From an uncultured Thermoleophilia bacterium (GTDB lineage Bacteria > Actinomycetota > Thermoleophilia > UBA2241), in assembly GCA_963767505.1 (NCBI GenBank), contig CAVYDV010000003.1, positions 64,890 through 128,889 of the forward strand: a stretch of DNA of 64,000 nucleotides, given 5' to 3'. Within the stretch, counting starts at the first letter, position 1; every line of letters starts with the position of its first letter. The position numbers and the translations under genes were made by a program. Under the pieces are notes generated by a model, which had not been told where the DNA came from, searched no databases, and saw only the letters and a program-made list of their open reading frames with translations. Shown here piece by piece: positions 38,875 through 48,808 of the stretch.

Positions 38875-39981
38875 ATGCAGATGACCACCATCCCACCATC
38901 CTCGATGAGAAGAGCAGCGTCGGCGGCACTCCTCGTGCTCATGGCCCTGCTGATGAGCGCCTGCGGATCCAGCGGTGAGATCGCGGCGACCGGCGGTGCG
39001 CAGGCGAGTCCAGCGGCGGACGAAGCGCCCATCTCGACGACTGGGCAGAGCCCCGCCATCTACGTCGCTGAGACGCTGCGGCCCAGCGTGGTCGACGTGA
39101 GTGTCGCGGACGCTCAGAGGCAGGCGCAGGGACTCGGCTCCGGAGTCATCTACCTCTCGAACGGCGTGATCGTGACCAACAACCACGTCGTGACCGCGGG
39201 CGGGAATCAGCCAGCGCCGAACATCACCGTCACACTCGCAACGGGCGAGCGTCTTGACGCCTCCCTCGTGGGCCGGGATCCCCTCTCCGATCTCGCAGTC
39301 CTGCGCGTCGATACGGATGACCTGCCAGCGGCCACCTTCCTCACGGACATGTCGCAGGTGCAGGTCGGGCAGTATGCCTTCGCACTCGGCACGCCGCTGG
39401 GCCTCGAGGGATCGGTGACCATGGGCATCGTGAGCGCCATCAACCGCGAAGTGCCGGGCGGCGGCTCGCTCGGCACGCTGGACCTGATCCAGACCGACGC
39501 AGCGATCAGTCCCGGGAACTCAGGCGGCGCGCTGGCCGATGCGCGAGCGCGCGTGATCGGCATCAATGTGGCCGCCGCCTCTCCCGACATCGAGACGCGG
39601 GCCCAGAACATCGGCTTCGCCATCCCTTCCGACCTGGTGGTCGACGTCGTCGAGCAGATCCTCGAAACGGGCAAGGTCGACTACGGCTACCTCGGGATTC
39701 AAACGACGGCTATCACCAAGAGCCTGGAGCAGGACTACGGCCTCAGTCGCTCCGAGGGGGTCCTCGTCGTTCAGGTCGAGTCCGATTCGCCAGCCGCCAA
39801 GGCCGGCGTCAGGCAGGGTGACATCATCATCCAGATCGGAGACAGGGTCGTGGACTCCGAGGTAGACCTCTTCTCCTACCTGCGCGGCCAGAAGCCCGGC
39901 GAACAGGTCGAGCTCGTCATCGTTCGCGACGGCGAGGAGCGGACGCTCACAGCCACCTTGGGGAGCCGTCCAAGCAGTTGA
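38875..39981 (+). CDS. HtrA/DegP-family trypsin-like serine protease with PDZ domain (lipoprotein)
   Basis: Lipobox LLMSAC. Catalytic triad context VVTNNHVV ... DLAVLRV ... GNSGGAL. C-terminal PDZ domain (GVLVVQVESDSPAAKAGVRQGDIII). Confidence 0.85.
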   Translation: MQMTTIPPSSMRRAASAALLVLMALLMSACGSSGEIAATGGAQASPAADEAPISTTGQSPAIYVAETLRPSVVDVSVADAQRQAQGLGSGVIYLSNGVIVTNNHVVTAGGNQPAPNITVTLATGERLDASLVGRDPLSDLAVLRVDTDDLPAATFLTDMSQVQVGQYAFALGTPLGLEGSVTMGIVSAINREVPGGGSLGTLDLIQTDAAISPGNSGGALADARARVIGINVAAASPDIETRAQNIGFAIPSDLVVDVVEQILETGKVDYGYLGIQTTAITKSLEQDYGLSRSEGVLVVQVESDSPAAKAGVRQGDIIIQIGDRVVDSEVDLFSYLRGQKPGEQVELVIVRDGEERTLTATLGSRPSS

Positions 39982-40078
39982 CGCGTGGTCCGGCACCTGA
40001 GCCGAGCTGAGGATCTGCCGATGACGCATCAGGGCATGGGATAGACTGGCCACTCGCATCTTCGATGGAGAGGCACGC

Positions 40079-41773
40079 ATGACGCCCTGCGCGACCAAGG
40101 GACGCAGGCGGCTCGCCCCCGGTCCGGCACTCATCCTGGCGCTCACGATAGGCCTTGTCGCGGGGCTCACCGCCTGTGGTGGCGGCGACGGTCCGAGCGG
40201 CGGCGCCGGCACCAGCGTACGACCCTCGGCGACGCCCAAGGCGGGGGGCACACTCACCGTCTCCTACCTCACGGACGCACGGAGCCTGGATCCGGCGCTT
40301 GCCCAGAACCCCACCGAGCGCAGTGTCGCCAACGCCGTTTCTCAGGGCCTGTTGCGCTACACGGCGAGACCGGGCGCCGAAGGCGCCGTACTCGAGCCCT
40401 GCCTCGCCGCCGAGCTGCCGACCAGAGCCAACGGCGGCATCTCGGCCGACGGGAGGACGTATTTGTTCGCCCTTCGTCGCGGGGTCATATTCCAGCCGCC
40501 CCTGAATCGAGAACTCACCGCGAGCGACGTCAAGTACAGCCTAGAGCGCATGATGGGCATCGCGCCCGCCGAGACGAGATCTCTCTACGCGGGCGTCGTC
40601 GGCTCGGCGCGTTTCCTCGCGGGGACGGACGACGACATCGATGGCCTCGAGGTCGTCGACGACGAGACGATCCGCGTCAGGCTGATCAGGCCCGACCCGT
40701 CGTTCCTGAACGCATTGGCCATGGAGTCCAGCTACATCGTACCGGAGGAGTGGGTCGTGAGGTGGGGGGCGGAGTTCGGGCAGCATCCACTCGGGACCGG
40801 CCCATTCGCCTTTCTGAGATGGGTGCCGGGCGACAAGATCAAGCTGGCGCGAAGCCCCAGCTACTGGGAGCCTGGCAAGCCCTACGTCGATGCAGTCGAC
40901 TTCGTGCGTGCGCCCACAGCCGAGACGGCCGTCGCAAAGCTTCGGGCGGGCGAGGTCGATGTGCTTGGCCACGGCCTGCCCCCTGAGGGGCTCCCCGCCT
41001 TCGCCGACGAGCCCTCGTGGCAGAGCCAGGTGCGCACGGGGCCGCTACTCGCGGGAACCTACCTGTTCCTGAACACCGGACTGGCGCCGTTCGACGACGT
41101 CCGCGTCAGGCGCGCGCTGAGTTGGGCCATCGACCGTGACAGGATCGCCGGGCTCCAGCCGGACCGGGCTGAGCCTCTCTGGCAGTACTACCCTTCGGGC
41201 CTTCCCGGCCACGCGGAGAGCGCCGTCTCCCACGGCTACGCTCCTGCAAAGGCAAAGTCATTGCTGCGCCGGGCCGGCTATCCGCGCGGGTTCGATACCG
41301 TGCTCTTCACAGAAAGGGAGGGCCTTGATCCGGCCATCTTGAAGACGGTGCGCTCCAACCTTGCAGCAGTCGGCATCAGCGCGCGACTGAGAACGCTCGA
41401 CCGCGCTCAGTACATCCGCCGGCGCAGCAAGCCGGGAGCACTGGCCATGGGGAGCATCCCCTGGCAGGCGGGCATCCCCGACCCAGGCGACTGGATCGAC
41501 ACGATGGCCAGCAAGGCCGGCGCTCGGCGTGGCGACAACCCCAGCTTCTGGTGGGACGCTGAGCTGGAGACGGCTCAAGCCGCAGCAGACGTGAGCGCCG
41601 ATCAGCAGGCTCGCATCAGTCAGTACACGGCGATGCAGCGAACTATGGCCGCCCAGGCACCGTACGTACCGCTCTACTCGTCCCTGCAGACGAGCCTGTG
41701 CTCGAAGAACACCGGCGGCTTCTACGTACACCCGGTGTACCGGATTGACCCTGCGAGCTACTGGAAGATGTAG
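40079..41773 (+). CDS. ABC transporter substrate-binding protein, family 5 (peptide/nickel), lipoprotein
   Basis: Lipobox GLTACGG. 564 aa in the SBP_bac_5 pattern. Confidence 0.85.
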   Translation: MTPCATKGRRRLAPGPALILALTIGLVAGLTACGGGDGPSGGAGTSVRPSATPKAGGTLTVSYLTDARSLDPALAQNPTERSVANAVSQGLLRYTARPGAEGAVLEPCLAAELPTRANGGISADGRTYLFALRRGVIFQPPLNRELTASDVKYSLERMMGIAPAETRSLYAGVVGSARFLAGTDDDIDGLEVVDDETIRVRLIRPDPSFLNALAMESSYIVPEEWVVRWGAEFGQHPLGTGPFAFLRWVPGDKIKLARSPSYWEPGKPYVDAVDFVRAPTAETAVAKLRAGEVDVLGHGLPPEGLPAFADEPSWQSQVRTGPLLAGTYLFLNTGLAPFDDVRVRRALSWAIDRDRIAGLQPDRAEPLWQYYPSGLPGHAESAVSHGYAPAKAKSLLRRAGYPRGFDTVLFTEREGLDPAILKTVRSNLAAVGISARLRTLDRAQYIRRRSKPGALAMGSIPWQAGIPDPGDWIDTMASKAGARRGDNPSFWWDAELETAQAAADVSADQQARISQYTAMQRTMAAQAPYVPLYSSLQTSLCSKNTGGFYVHPVYRIDPASYWKM

Positions 41774-41793
41774 CGACTTGAAAGGAGATACCG

Positions 41794-42231
41794 ATGGCTC
41801 GACAGTTTCCCGAGATCGTGACGTACAAGTCGGCGTTCAGCTTCGCACTTGAAGTCGAGAGAGCGTGTGCCGACTTCGCTGCAGCAGCTGAGGTACTGGC
41901 CCCGACCGGCGCCTGGCAAGCCAAGCTCGAGGAACTCGTGTGTACGCACGACGACCGCGTAGACAAGCTCAGCCACAAGCGTCAGGACGTGGATGAGCCG
42001 CTACATGCACTCAAGGCCGACGAGTATCTCCAGACGCTCGGCAACGAACCGGCCACGAGTTGGCCTGCGGCGGTCGAACAGGTGATCGTGGCCGAAGAGG
42101 ACGCCGCGCGGTATCATGAGGCCTTCGCGGCCGCATGCGGGCCGCTGCTTGGCGATACCGCACGAGCCTTCGCCAAATCCGCGAAGCAAGAACGCGCCGC
42201 CGGCCAAGAGTTGCGCGCGATGCTCGGCTGA
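41794..42231 (+). CDS. hypothetical protein (145 aa)
   Basis: MARQFPEIVTYKSAFSFALEVERACADFAAAAEVLAPTGAWQ.... No confident family assignment. Coding-like third-position bias. Confidence 0.4.
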   Translation: MARQFPEIVTYKSAFSFALEVERACADFAAAAEVLAPTGAWQAKLEELVCTHDDRVDKLSHKRQDVDEPLHALKADEYLQTLGNEPATSWPAAVEQVIVAEEDAARYHEAFAAACGPLLGDTARAFAKSAKQERAAGQELRAMLG

Positions 42232-42263
42232 CACTCGCCGCGGCGACAGGTCGCGGGCTGCCG

Positions 42264-43502
42264 TCAGCCTGCGTGCGGCCCCGCATCGGCGAGTTCGGTC
42301 AACGCCGACCGGGGAACGCCGGCACCCGCGTAGAACCGGACGCCGGCTCGGGCGAGGCCAGCAGTGATGCCCGTGAAGTCGCCATCGAGCACGCCCTCGG
42401 CCGCCCAGACGGGCTTGCCGGCACGGGCGGCCTCCATGACGGCGACGATATTGCGCTCATTCCCATGGCTGACCGGGATCGCCGTCACGATCACCACGTC
42501 GGCACGGGCCATGAGGTCGAGGTTCTCGGCGTGTGTCTCGTCGCTGACCGGCGAGAACGGTGCCTCCACGGCCATCCGCAGGCCAAGCTCGCGACCCGTC
42601 TCCTCATCGGTGTCGAGGGCGTTCAAGACGCCGGCGGACACGTCGTACCCGCCGTCCACCAGCTCGCGCATCATCCCAGCGCCGGTGCCGCCGCCACAAA
42701 CAAGGTGCACGCGCCCCAGACGTTCGCCCCTCAGGCGCGGCGAGAACGTGAGGTAGGTCCTCCCCGCATGTCTGTGCAGAAAGGCACGCACGCCGTACAC
42801 CGCCTCGATAATCTCCGGCCGCAGCACTTCGTCGGGCGCCCCGTAGGCAGCCACCTCGCCCTCGGAGAACACGAGCAGCTTGTCGAAGTAGTGGATCGCG
42901 AGATTCAGGTCGTGGAGCACGCAGAGGACCGTGAGCCCCTCGGCGTTGAGTTGCTTGAGAAGGTCGAAGAGTCGGAGCTGATGAGAGACGTCGAGGGCCG
43001 AGGCGGGCTCGTCCAGGAGAAGCAACTGCGCGCGCTGCATGAGCGCCTGTGCCAGCACCACGAGCTGCTTCTCGCCGCCGGAGAGTTCCGAGAAGCGGCG
43101 ATCGACCAGGCCGCCGACACCGAGCCGAGCGAGCGTCTGGCCGGCGTCGGCGGTCGCATCCGCCTCCTTGGCACGGCAGTAGTAGCCCATCTCGACCACC
43201 TCGCGGACCGAGAGGTCGAACTCCAGCGCGAACTGCTGCGGGACCAGCGCCACCTCACGGGCCATGTCGCGACGCCGATACGTGTGCGTCGGCTTGCCTC
43301 GCACGAGGATCTTGCCGGACTTGGGCCTCAGCACGCCGTCGATGAGATCGAGCAGTGTGCTCTTGCCGCTCCCGTTCGGGCCGACCACGCCGACGAAGTC
43401 ACCCGCATCGACGTCGAAGGAGACGCGCCTCAGGACGGGACGCACGTCGTAGGTGAACCCAAGGTCCATGACCGACACGAGGCTTCTCGACGAGGCCATC
43501 AC
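42264..43502 (-). CDS. Fe3+-siderophore/cobalamin-type ABC transporter ATP-binding protein (FepC/BtuD family) with an about 150-aa C-terminal extension
   Basis: Walker A GPNGSGKSTLL, signature LSGGEKQ and Walker B LLLLDEPASALD. It is followed by the extension HLVCGGGTGAGMMRELVDGGYDVSAGVLNALD...ADVVIVTAIPVSHGNERNIVAVMEAARAGKPVW, which is Rossmann-like. The ATG overlaps the permease stop. Confidence 0.85.
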   Translation of the reverse strand: MMASSRSLVSVMDLGFTYDVRPVLRRVSFDVDAGDFVGVVGPNGSGKSTLLDLIDGVLRPKSGKILVRGKPTHTYRRRDMAREVALVPQQFALEFDLSVREVVEMGYYCRAKEADATADAGQTLARLGVGGLVDRRFSELSGGEKQLVVLAQALMQRAQLLLLDEPASALDVSHQLRLFDLLKQLNAEGLTVLCVLHDLNLAIHYFDKLLVFSEGEVAAYGAPDEVLRPEIIEAVYGVRAFLHRHAGRTYLTFSPRLRGERLGRVHLVCGGGTGAGMMRELVDGGYDVSAGVLNALDTDEETGRELGLRMAVEAPFSPVSDETHAENLDLMARADVVIVTAIPVSHGNERNIVAVMEAARAGKPVWAAEGVLDGDFTGITAGLARAGVRFYAGAGVPRSALTELADAGPHAG

Positions 43503-44494
43503 GACCGCCTCCTGCGCAGCAGGTAGACGAAGAGTGGTGCGCCCACGAAGGTGGTCACGACCCCGACGGGAACCTCCGCCGGCGCCACAATCGTGCGTGA
43601 GAGCAGGTCGGCGATGCCCATCAGGGCGGCGCCGCCGAGAAGCGCGATAGGCAGCATCCGCCGATGTCCAGGACCGACCAGAAGCCGCGCGATGTGTGGG
43701 ACCACCAAGCCGACGAAACCGATGACGCCGGACACGCTCACGGCGATCGCCGTGAGGGCCGCGGCCGTGACCAGCAGGACGCGTTTGGCTCGCTCGACCT
43801 CGACACCTAGTTCAAGAGCGCGCTTCTCGCCCTGGAGGAGGATATCCATCTCTTCGGTGAAGAAGATCGGGACGACCATGAACGGCAGCACGAAGAGGGC
43901 TACTTCGACATCCTGCCAGCCGCGCGCGCTGAAGCTGCCCAGGAGCCAGTAGACGATCGCGTGCATGTCCTCGCCGGCACGGATCATCATCACACTGATC
44001 ACGGCGGTGACGAGGTAGGAGATCGTGACCCCGGCCAGGAGCAGCACGTAGATATCGATCCTCCCGCGCCGTTGCGCCGCGACCCACACGACGGCGAGCG
44101 TCACGAATCCGCCGACCAGAGCGAACAGAGTGACCCAGGGCAGCTGCGCCAGCCTGAGCACGATGCCGAACGTGGCTCCGAGCGCGGCGCCAGACGACAC
44201 ACCGGTGACGTAGGGGTCGGTCAGGGGGTTCAGGAACAGATCCTGCAGGATCACACCGGCGGCCGAGAGAGAGGCGCCGACCAAGAACGCCAGAAGCACC
44301 CGGGGGAGCCGGATCTGCCAGAAGATCACGCCACCCGGTTCGCTCGTTCCCGGCCCCGCGCCCACGTACTCGAGGAGCTTGTCGATGGGCAGCGAGGCCG
44401 GGCCGAAAGCGAGAGACACCACGAGGCACGCAACGAAGATGACGACTACGAGAGCGAGCCCGAGCCGACCCCCATTGCGTGCCTGCGGAGTCAC
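43499..44494 (-). CDS. iron-chelate/cobalamin ABC transporter permease (FecCD family)
   Basis: 331 aa, polytopic, in the FecCD pattern (LLAGVTISYL, GVIGFVGLVVPHIARLLVG). The ATG overlaps the upstream SBP gene's stop. Confidence 0.9.
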   Translation of the reverse strand: MTPQARNGGRLGLALVVVIFVACLVVSLAFGPASLPIDKLLEYVGAGPGTSEPGGVIFWQIRLPRVLLAFLVGASLSAAGVILQDLFLNPLTDPYVTGVSSGAALGATFGIVLRLAQLPWVTLFALVGGFVTLAVVWVAAQRRGRIDIYVLLLAGVTISYLVTAVISVMMIRAGEDMHAIVYWLLGSFSARGWQDVEVALFVLPFMVVPIFFTEEMDILLQGEKRALELGVEVERAKRVLLVTAAALTAIAVSVSGVIGFVGLVVPHIARLLVGPGHRRMLPIALLGGAALMGIADLLSRTIVAPAEVPVGVVTTFVGAPLFVYLLRRRRS

Positions 44495-45459
44495 TGCCCC
44501 TGATACGCCTCAGGATGGATCATCGCGGCGAGCTCCTGAAGGCCGAGCGCAAGTCGAGGCCCGGGACGCGTGATGAGATCGTCGTCGATCACGTAGACGC
44601 GGCCGTCTTCGACGGCGCTCATCTGCCCATGCCCGGGCCTCTTGGCGATGTCACCAGGAGAGCTCTGCGCCCCCGATACCGCGATGTAGACGGCAGGGTC
44701 TTCCTCGATCAGCACCTCGCTGCTGTAGGTGGGGAAGCCGGGACCAGCCGAAGCTCCGAGATTGATGCCCCCGGCGAGGATGACGAGGTCGTCGATGTAC
44801 GAGCCGCTGCCCGCCGTCATCAAGGGCTTGCTGTAGATCTCGATGAACGTCACGCTCTTGTCCAGAGAGCCGGCCTTCGCCGCAACGTCCGCAGCGGCCG
44901 TCTCCATCGCCTCCGTCACCACAGCCGCCTCGTCCGTGACGCCCATGATGAGGCCCAGCTCCGTGATGGTGACGACTACACCGTCGTAGGTCGTCGGATC
45001 CGCCACGTACACCTGCATGCCGAGCTTCTCGAGCTTGCTCCGCAAACCAGCCTGGATGCCGCCGGCGGCGAGGACGAGATCTGGCTGCAAGGCGACGATC
45101 TTCTCGACGCTGGGGTTGGCGAAGTCGCCGATCTTCGGCAGCGCCTTCGCCTCCTCCGGGTAGTCGTCGTAGGAGGTCCCACCGACCAGCTTGTCGCCCG
45201 CCCCGATCGCGAAAGCGATCTCGGTGTTGGCGGGAGCGAGACTGACGACACGTGCTGCCGGTTGCTCAAGCGTCACCTCTTCGCCTGCGTCGTCGGTCAC
45301 CGTGAGCGGACCGGCGGAAGAGGACGGCGAGGGGTCGGCGGCGGAGTCGCCGTCCGATCCGCAACCCACCAGAACGGCGGCACCAAGGGGGCACAGCAGG
45401 AGCGCCGTCACGAGTGCTGCCGCCGCGAACAGGCGGCTACGGGGGCTGGTGATAGTCAT
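44491..45459 (-). CDS. ABC transporter substrate-binding protein, BtuF/FecB-type (PF01497), lipoprotein
   Basis: Lipobox VLVGCGS, then RVVSLAPANTEIAFAIGAGDKLVGGTSYDDYP...IVALQPDLVLAAG. Its ATG overlaps the stop of the upstream PP-loop ATPase gene (ATGA). Confidence 0.8.
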   Translation of the reverse strand: MTITSPRSRLFAAAALVTALLLCPLGAAVLVGCGSDGDSAADPSPSSSAGPLTVTDDAGEEVTLEQPAARVVSLAPANTEIAFAIGAGDKLVGGTSYDDYPEEAKALPKIGDFANPSVEKIVALQPDLVLAAGGIQAGLRSKLEKLGMQVYVADPTTYDGVVVTITELGLIMGVTDEAAVVTEAMETAAADVAAKAGSLDKSVTFIEIYSKPLMTAGSGSYIDDLVILAGGINLGASAGPGFPTYSSEVLIEEDPAVYIAVSGAQSSPGDIAKRPGHGQMSAVEDGRVYVIDDDLITRPGPRLALGLQELAAMIHPEAYQGQ

Positions 45460-46214
45460 TGTGCTTGGTTCTCCCTTCGAGGTGTGGCTCTACATCGTGG
45501 GTCCTCGAACTTCAGGACCCAGTGGTCGTCGCGCTCTTCGTAGCCATCCCATCCGAGCGAGACGGGCGCCGCGAACAGAGGTGCGTCGGTGACCATGGTG
45601 TGATACTCGCACTCCTCGCCGCAGACATCGGCACCGGCGGCCGCGAGATCAGCGGCCAGCTCAGCATCGACCTGCCGGCCGAGATAGGCCGCGTCGAGTC
45701 TGGATGCATCCACCGCGACCACTGTAGCGCGCACGCCAGACCCGATCAGCTCGTCGACGAGCGAGCGCCGCGGTTCCTGCCAGAGGGGCAGATGGCACGA
45801 CGATCCAGCCGCACGGCACGCACCCTCGACCCAATCGCGATGGGCCTGCGTATCGATGTCGCCGAACACGCCCTCCCGGAGACCCCGACGGCGAAGGTCG
45901 CGGAGAGCCGCGACGAAGGTTGGTTCGTACTCAGCCCACGTCGTCGCTCGCGCAACGAGTGGGACGCCGAGCGCAGCGGCTTGCTCCTCGAGCAGCGCGA
46001 GCGGCAGACCGTGGCCGCGACTGTGGGTACCGTCCTCCCGCAGCATGCACAAGAGCGCAGCGGGCCGTCCGCCTTCGGCGACCGCCCGCTGCAGGGCGAG
46101 GTAGGCGTCCTTGCCTCCGCTCCACGAACAGAAGAGCCGGCGGTCGGACAGCGCCGCCCGTGCGTCCGAGTCCGACGACTCCGAAACATGCACGACGTCA
46201 ATCTTCACGGGCAT
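45456..46214 (-). CDS. Dph6/MJ0570-like PP-loop ATP-binding domain protein (DUF71, ATP_bind_4)
   Basis: LFCSWSGGKDAYLAL (SGGKD PP-loop) ...GVFGDIDTQAHRDWV...HLPLWQEP...GEECEYHTMVTDAPLF, matching the MJ0570/diphthine-ammonia-ligase N-domain family. Confidence 0.7.
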   Translation of the reverse strand: MPVKIDVVHVSESSDSDARAALSDRRLFCSWSGGKDAYLALQRAVAEGGRPAALLCMLREDGTHSRGHGLPLALLEEQAAALGVPLVARATTWAEYEPTFVAALRDLRRRGLREGVFGDIDTQAHRDWVEGACRAAGSSCHLPLWQEPRRSLVDELIGSGVRATVVAVDASRLDAAYLGRQVDAELAADLAAAGADVCGEECEYHTMVTDAPLFAAPVSLGWDGYEERDDHWVLKFEDPRCRATPRRENQAQ

Positions 46215-46668
46215 CCTCCCGCGCCTCCCGGCAAGTGGGGCAGATGCCGTAGACCTCGAGATGATGGCCGTAGATGCTGAAGCCCGTCTGCTCGGCAAGC
46301 CGCCGCTCCAGCTCGACGACATCGCCGTCTCCGTCAAAACGCACCAGGCGCCGGCAGACCCCACAGATGAGTGGATGGCTGTGGCCCAGCGGCGGCGCCG
46401 TGTAGCAAATCTCGCCGCGCCGATCCTGCACGCGGGCGAGCAGACCCAGGTCGGAGAGCAAGGTCACGGAGCGATAGACAGTGGCCTGACCGACGCCCTC
46501 GTCCCGCAGAGCGTCAGCAGCTTCACCGATCGTCGCAGCCCGATCGCCGCACGCGAAGAACTCCCAGATCAGACGCCGCTGACGCGTGAACGGGATGCCC
46601 TTCTCGCGAAAGACGACAGCGATCTCAGGCGAAGCCTCGCGCTTCCCAGCGCATGCGTCCACAGGCAA
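46198..46668 (-). CDS. Fur family transcriptional regulator (Fur/Zur/PerR-like)
   Basis: FTRQRRLIWEFF..., an HTH, and the metal-site residues HPLICGVCRRLV...HHLEVYGICPTC. The start codon is TTG. Confidence 0.8.
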   Translation of the reverse strand: MPVDACAGKREASPEIAVVFREKGIPFTRQRRLIWEFFACGDRAATIGEAADALRDEGVGQATVYRSVTLLSDLGLLARVQDRRGEICYTAPPLGHSHPLICGVCRRLVRFDGDGDVVELERRLAEQTGFSIYGHHLEVYGICPTCREAREDARED

Positions 46669-46683
46669 GTCACTCCAGTGTCG

Positions 46684-46700
46684 ATGAGAATCCTTCTCAT
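46684..46700. promoter_or_regulatory. Fur-family-type operator candidate ATGAGAA-TCC-TTCTCAT (perfect 7-3-7 palindrome) immediately upstream of the fur-family gene
   Basis: A perfect inverted repeat, AT-rich in GC-rich context, 16 nt upstream of the regulator start codon. It resembles the TGAnAAnnnTTnTCA core of Fur/Zur boxes. Confidence 0.5.
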
Positions 46701-46738
46701 TCCCAGCTGAGAAACCCTATCAACCGGGCTGCGACGCG

Positions 46739-47845
46739 TCAATCTCCCTGGGCTGCGGGGTGCGGGGGGACGGGCAACGCCGCGAAGGCTGCCAGGAGCC
46801 GATCATTGTGTGGTCTCAGTCGCGGACTGACCCGCACGTACTCGGGCAGGCCGAACGACGCGCAGTCGCGCACGAGACAGCCGTGCTCGAGCAGATCACG
46901 CCGCGCTTCCGCGGCGGAGCCCACGCGGACGAGGAAGAAGCCCGCGGACGAGGGCTCCACAGTCCAGCCGGCAGAGCCCAACACACCCATGAGCCGATCG
47001 CGCTCACGCTCGAGGAGCCGCAGCGCGCGCTGATGGTGTCCACTATCGGCGAGCGCGCGGACGCCGGCAGCTTGCGCGCAGGCGTTCACATTCCACGGCG
47101 GGGCCGCCGCACGCAGCCCCGCCGCCGTCTCAGGCGCTGCAACGACGTAGCCGAGGCGCAGACCGGCGAGACCCCAGGACTTGGTCATCGACCGCAGGAC
47201 CAGGAGATCGCCCTCGGCAAGCAGTGTGCGCGACCACTGCGGCGTGGCGAAGAGTCCGCAGTACGCCTCGTCGAGCACGAAGACGGTGTGAGAGTAGTCG
47301 CGAACGAGAGCTGCGGTCAGGGCCGGAGGCAGCGCCGCTCCGGTGGGGTTGTTCGGGGAACAGAGCCAGCAGAGACGAGGACTCAGCTCCGCCAGGGCGG
47401 TCCGGAGAACGGGCTCGTCACAGCGGAAGCCCGCCCCGGCGCCATCGTGCGCAAGCCTGACCTCGGCGAAACGGGCGCCGGCGAGCCGTGTCGCAACCTC
47501 GTACTCGCCGAACGAAGGTCCCAGCGACAGTGCCGTATCACCGGGCGCCAGCGCCAGCTGGGCGATCAGGCGGATGAGCTCAGTGCTTCCGTTGCCTGCC
47601 ACGACGCAGTCCGCCGGCAGTCCGCAGCGTTCAGCGACGGCGGTACAGAACTCAGAGGCGTGGGGGTCCGGGTAGGCGTCGACGACCGCGGCCGACACGG
47701 CGCCGGCCACACCCGGAGCCGCGCCCAGAGGGGACTGATTGGAACTGAAGTCTATGGTCGCGTCTGGACTGAAGCCCTCGGCACGGAGCGCCGCCGGATC
47801 GATCGCCCCATGTGCGGCCGCAGCAACGCGGCGAAGGACGCTCAC
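46739..47845 (-). CDS. cobD: L-threonine-O-3-phosphate decarboxylase CobD (histidinol-phosphate aminotransferase family)
   Basis: IDFSSNQSPLGAAPGV...LCSPNNPTGA...RSMTKSWGLAGLRLGY. The GTG at 47845 overlaps the cbiB stop (GTGA). The long R/G-rich N-terminus of the ORF is read-through. Confidence 0.8.
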   Translation of the reverse strand: MSVLRRVAAAAHGAIDPAALRAEGFSPDATIDFSSNQSPLGAAPGVAGAVSAAVVDAYPDPHASEFCTAVAERCGLPADCVVAGNGSTELIRLIAQLALAPGDTALSLGPSFGEYEVATRLAGARFAEVRLAHDGAGAGFRCDEPVLRTALAELSPRLCWLCSPNNPTGAALPPALTAALVRDYSHTVFVLDEAYCGLFATPQWSRTLLAEGDLLVLRSMTKSWGLAGLRLGYVVAAPETAAGLRAAAPPWNVNACAQAAGVRALADSGHHQRALRLLERERDRLMGVLGSAGWTVEPSSAGFFLVRVGSAAEARRDLLEHGCLVRDCASFGLPEYVRVSPRLRPHNDRLLAAFAALPVPPHPAAQGD

Positions 47846-48808
47846 CCCCACACCCCCCACGCGACCAGAGCGGCGAACCCGGCGGCGGCGGCGATGACGA
47901 TCCCGCCGCCGGCCCAGACGACAGCCGTCGCCTCCGCAATGACGCCAGCCGTGAGCGGCCGCTCCGCTCGCCCCACTGCGTAGAAGCCGGGGCGCGACAG
48001 GCGCACGCGCAGCGCCCCGGCCATGGGCGCGATCGTCCACAGCTTGTTCGGACTCGCCGAGAAGTGCCGCTGACCCATGAGCGCGGCCCATGCCGTGTTG
48101 GCGGTCCCCCTCACGGATGCGAGTGCGACCAGGAGAAGACCGGTCAGTCGAGCCGGCACCCAGTTCAGCACATCGTCGCAGCGCGCGGCGGCCTTGCCCA
48201 CGTACTCGTACTCGCCGCGATACCCAATCATCGCGTCCATAGTGTTGACCGATCGGTAGACGAGAGCCCCGGGCAAGCCGAACAGAGCGAAGTAGAACAG
48301 CGGCGAGACGACGCTGTCGACGAGGTTCTCGGCTAGAGACTCGACCGTGGCGGACACGATGTGCGGGGCATCAAGCTCGCGGTCGCGGCTCACCAGGGCG
48401 ACGAGGCTGGCACGGGCCTGACCAAGATCGCTCGCGAGAGCCCGACGCACGTCGCTGGCAGCAGCAACGAGACCACGCAGACGAGAAGGTCGTCTTCAGC
48501 ACCGCGGCGCCAAGCGGCAGCGCCAGCCACCAGGGCAACCAGCTCAGCATGAGCACGAGCGCCAAGCCCACGGCAAGGGATGCGCCGACCAAGGCGACCA
48601 CGATCAGGACACCGAACCCCAGCTCGGCCCACGGCCGACCACGCGGACGACGCGCCTCGAGCGCCCCGATGAGCCGGCCCATCCAGACGACCGGATGCGC
48701 CGACGAAGGCGGCTCTCCGAAGACAATGTCGATGACGCCTGCTAGCAGTACCATGGCGAGCGTCAGTGGCCAGCTGTGCGGCACGAGCATCACGAAGCGG
48801 CACCGCAA
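47842..48808 (-). CDS. cbiB: adenosylcobinamide-phosphate synthase CbiB (frameshift near 48450)
   Basis: N-terminus (VLLAGVIDIVFGEPPSSAHPVVWMGRLI) in the frame of ORF 48371..48808. C-terminus (LVSRDRELDAPHIVSATVESLAENLVDSVVSPLFYF...NTMDAMIGY...ARCDDVLNWVPARLT) in the frame of ORF 47842..48450. Confidence 0.8.
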
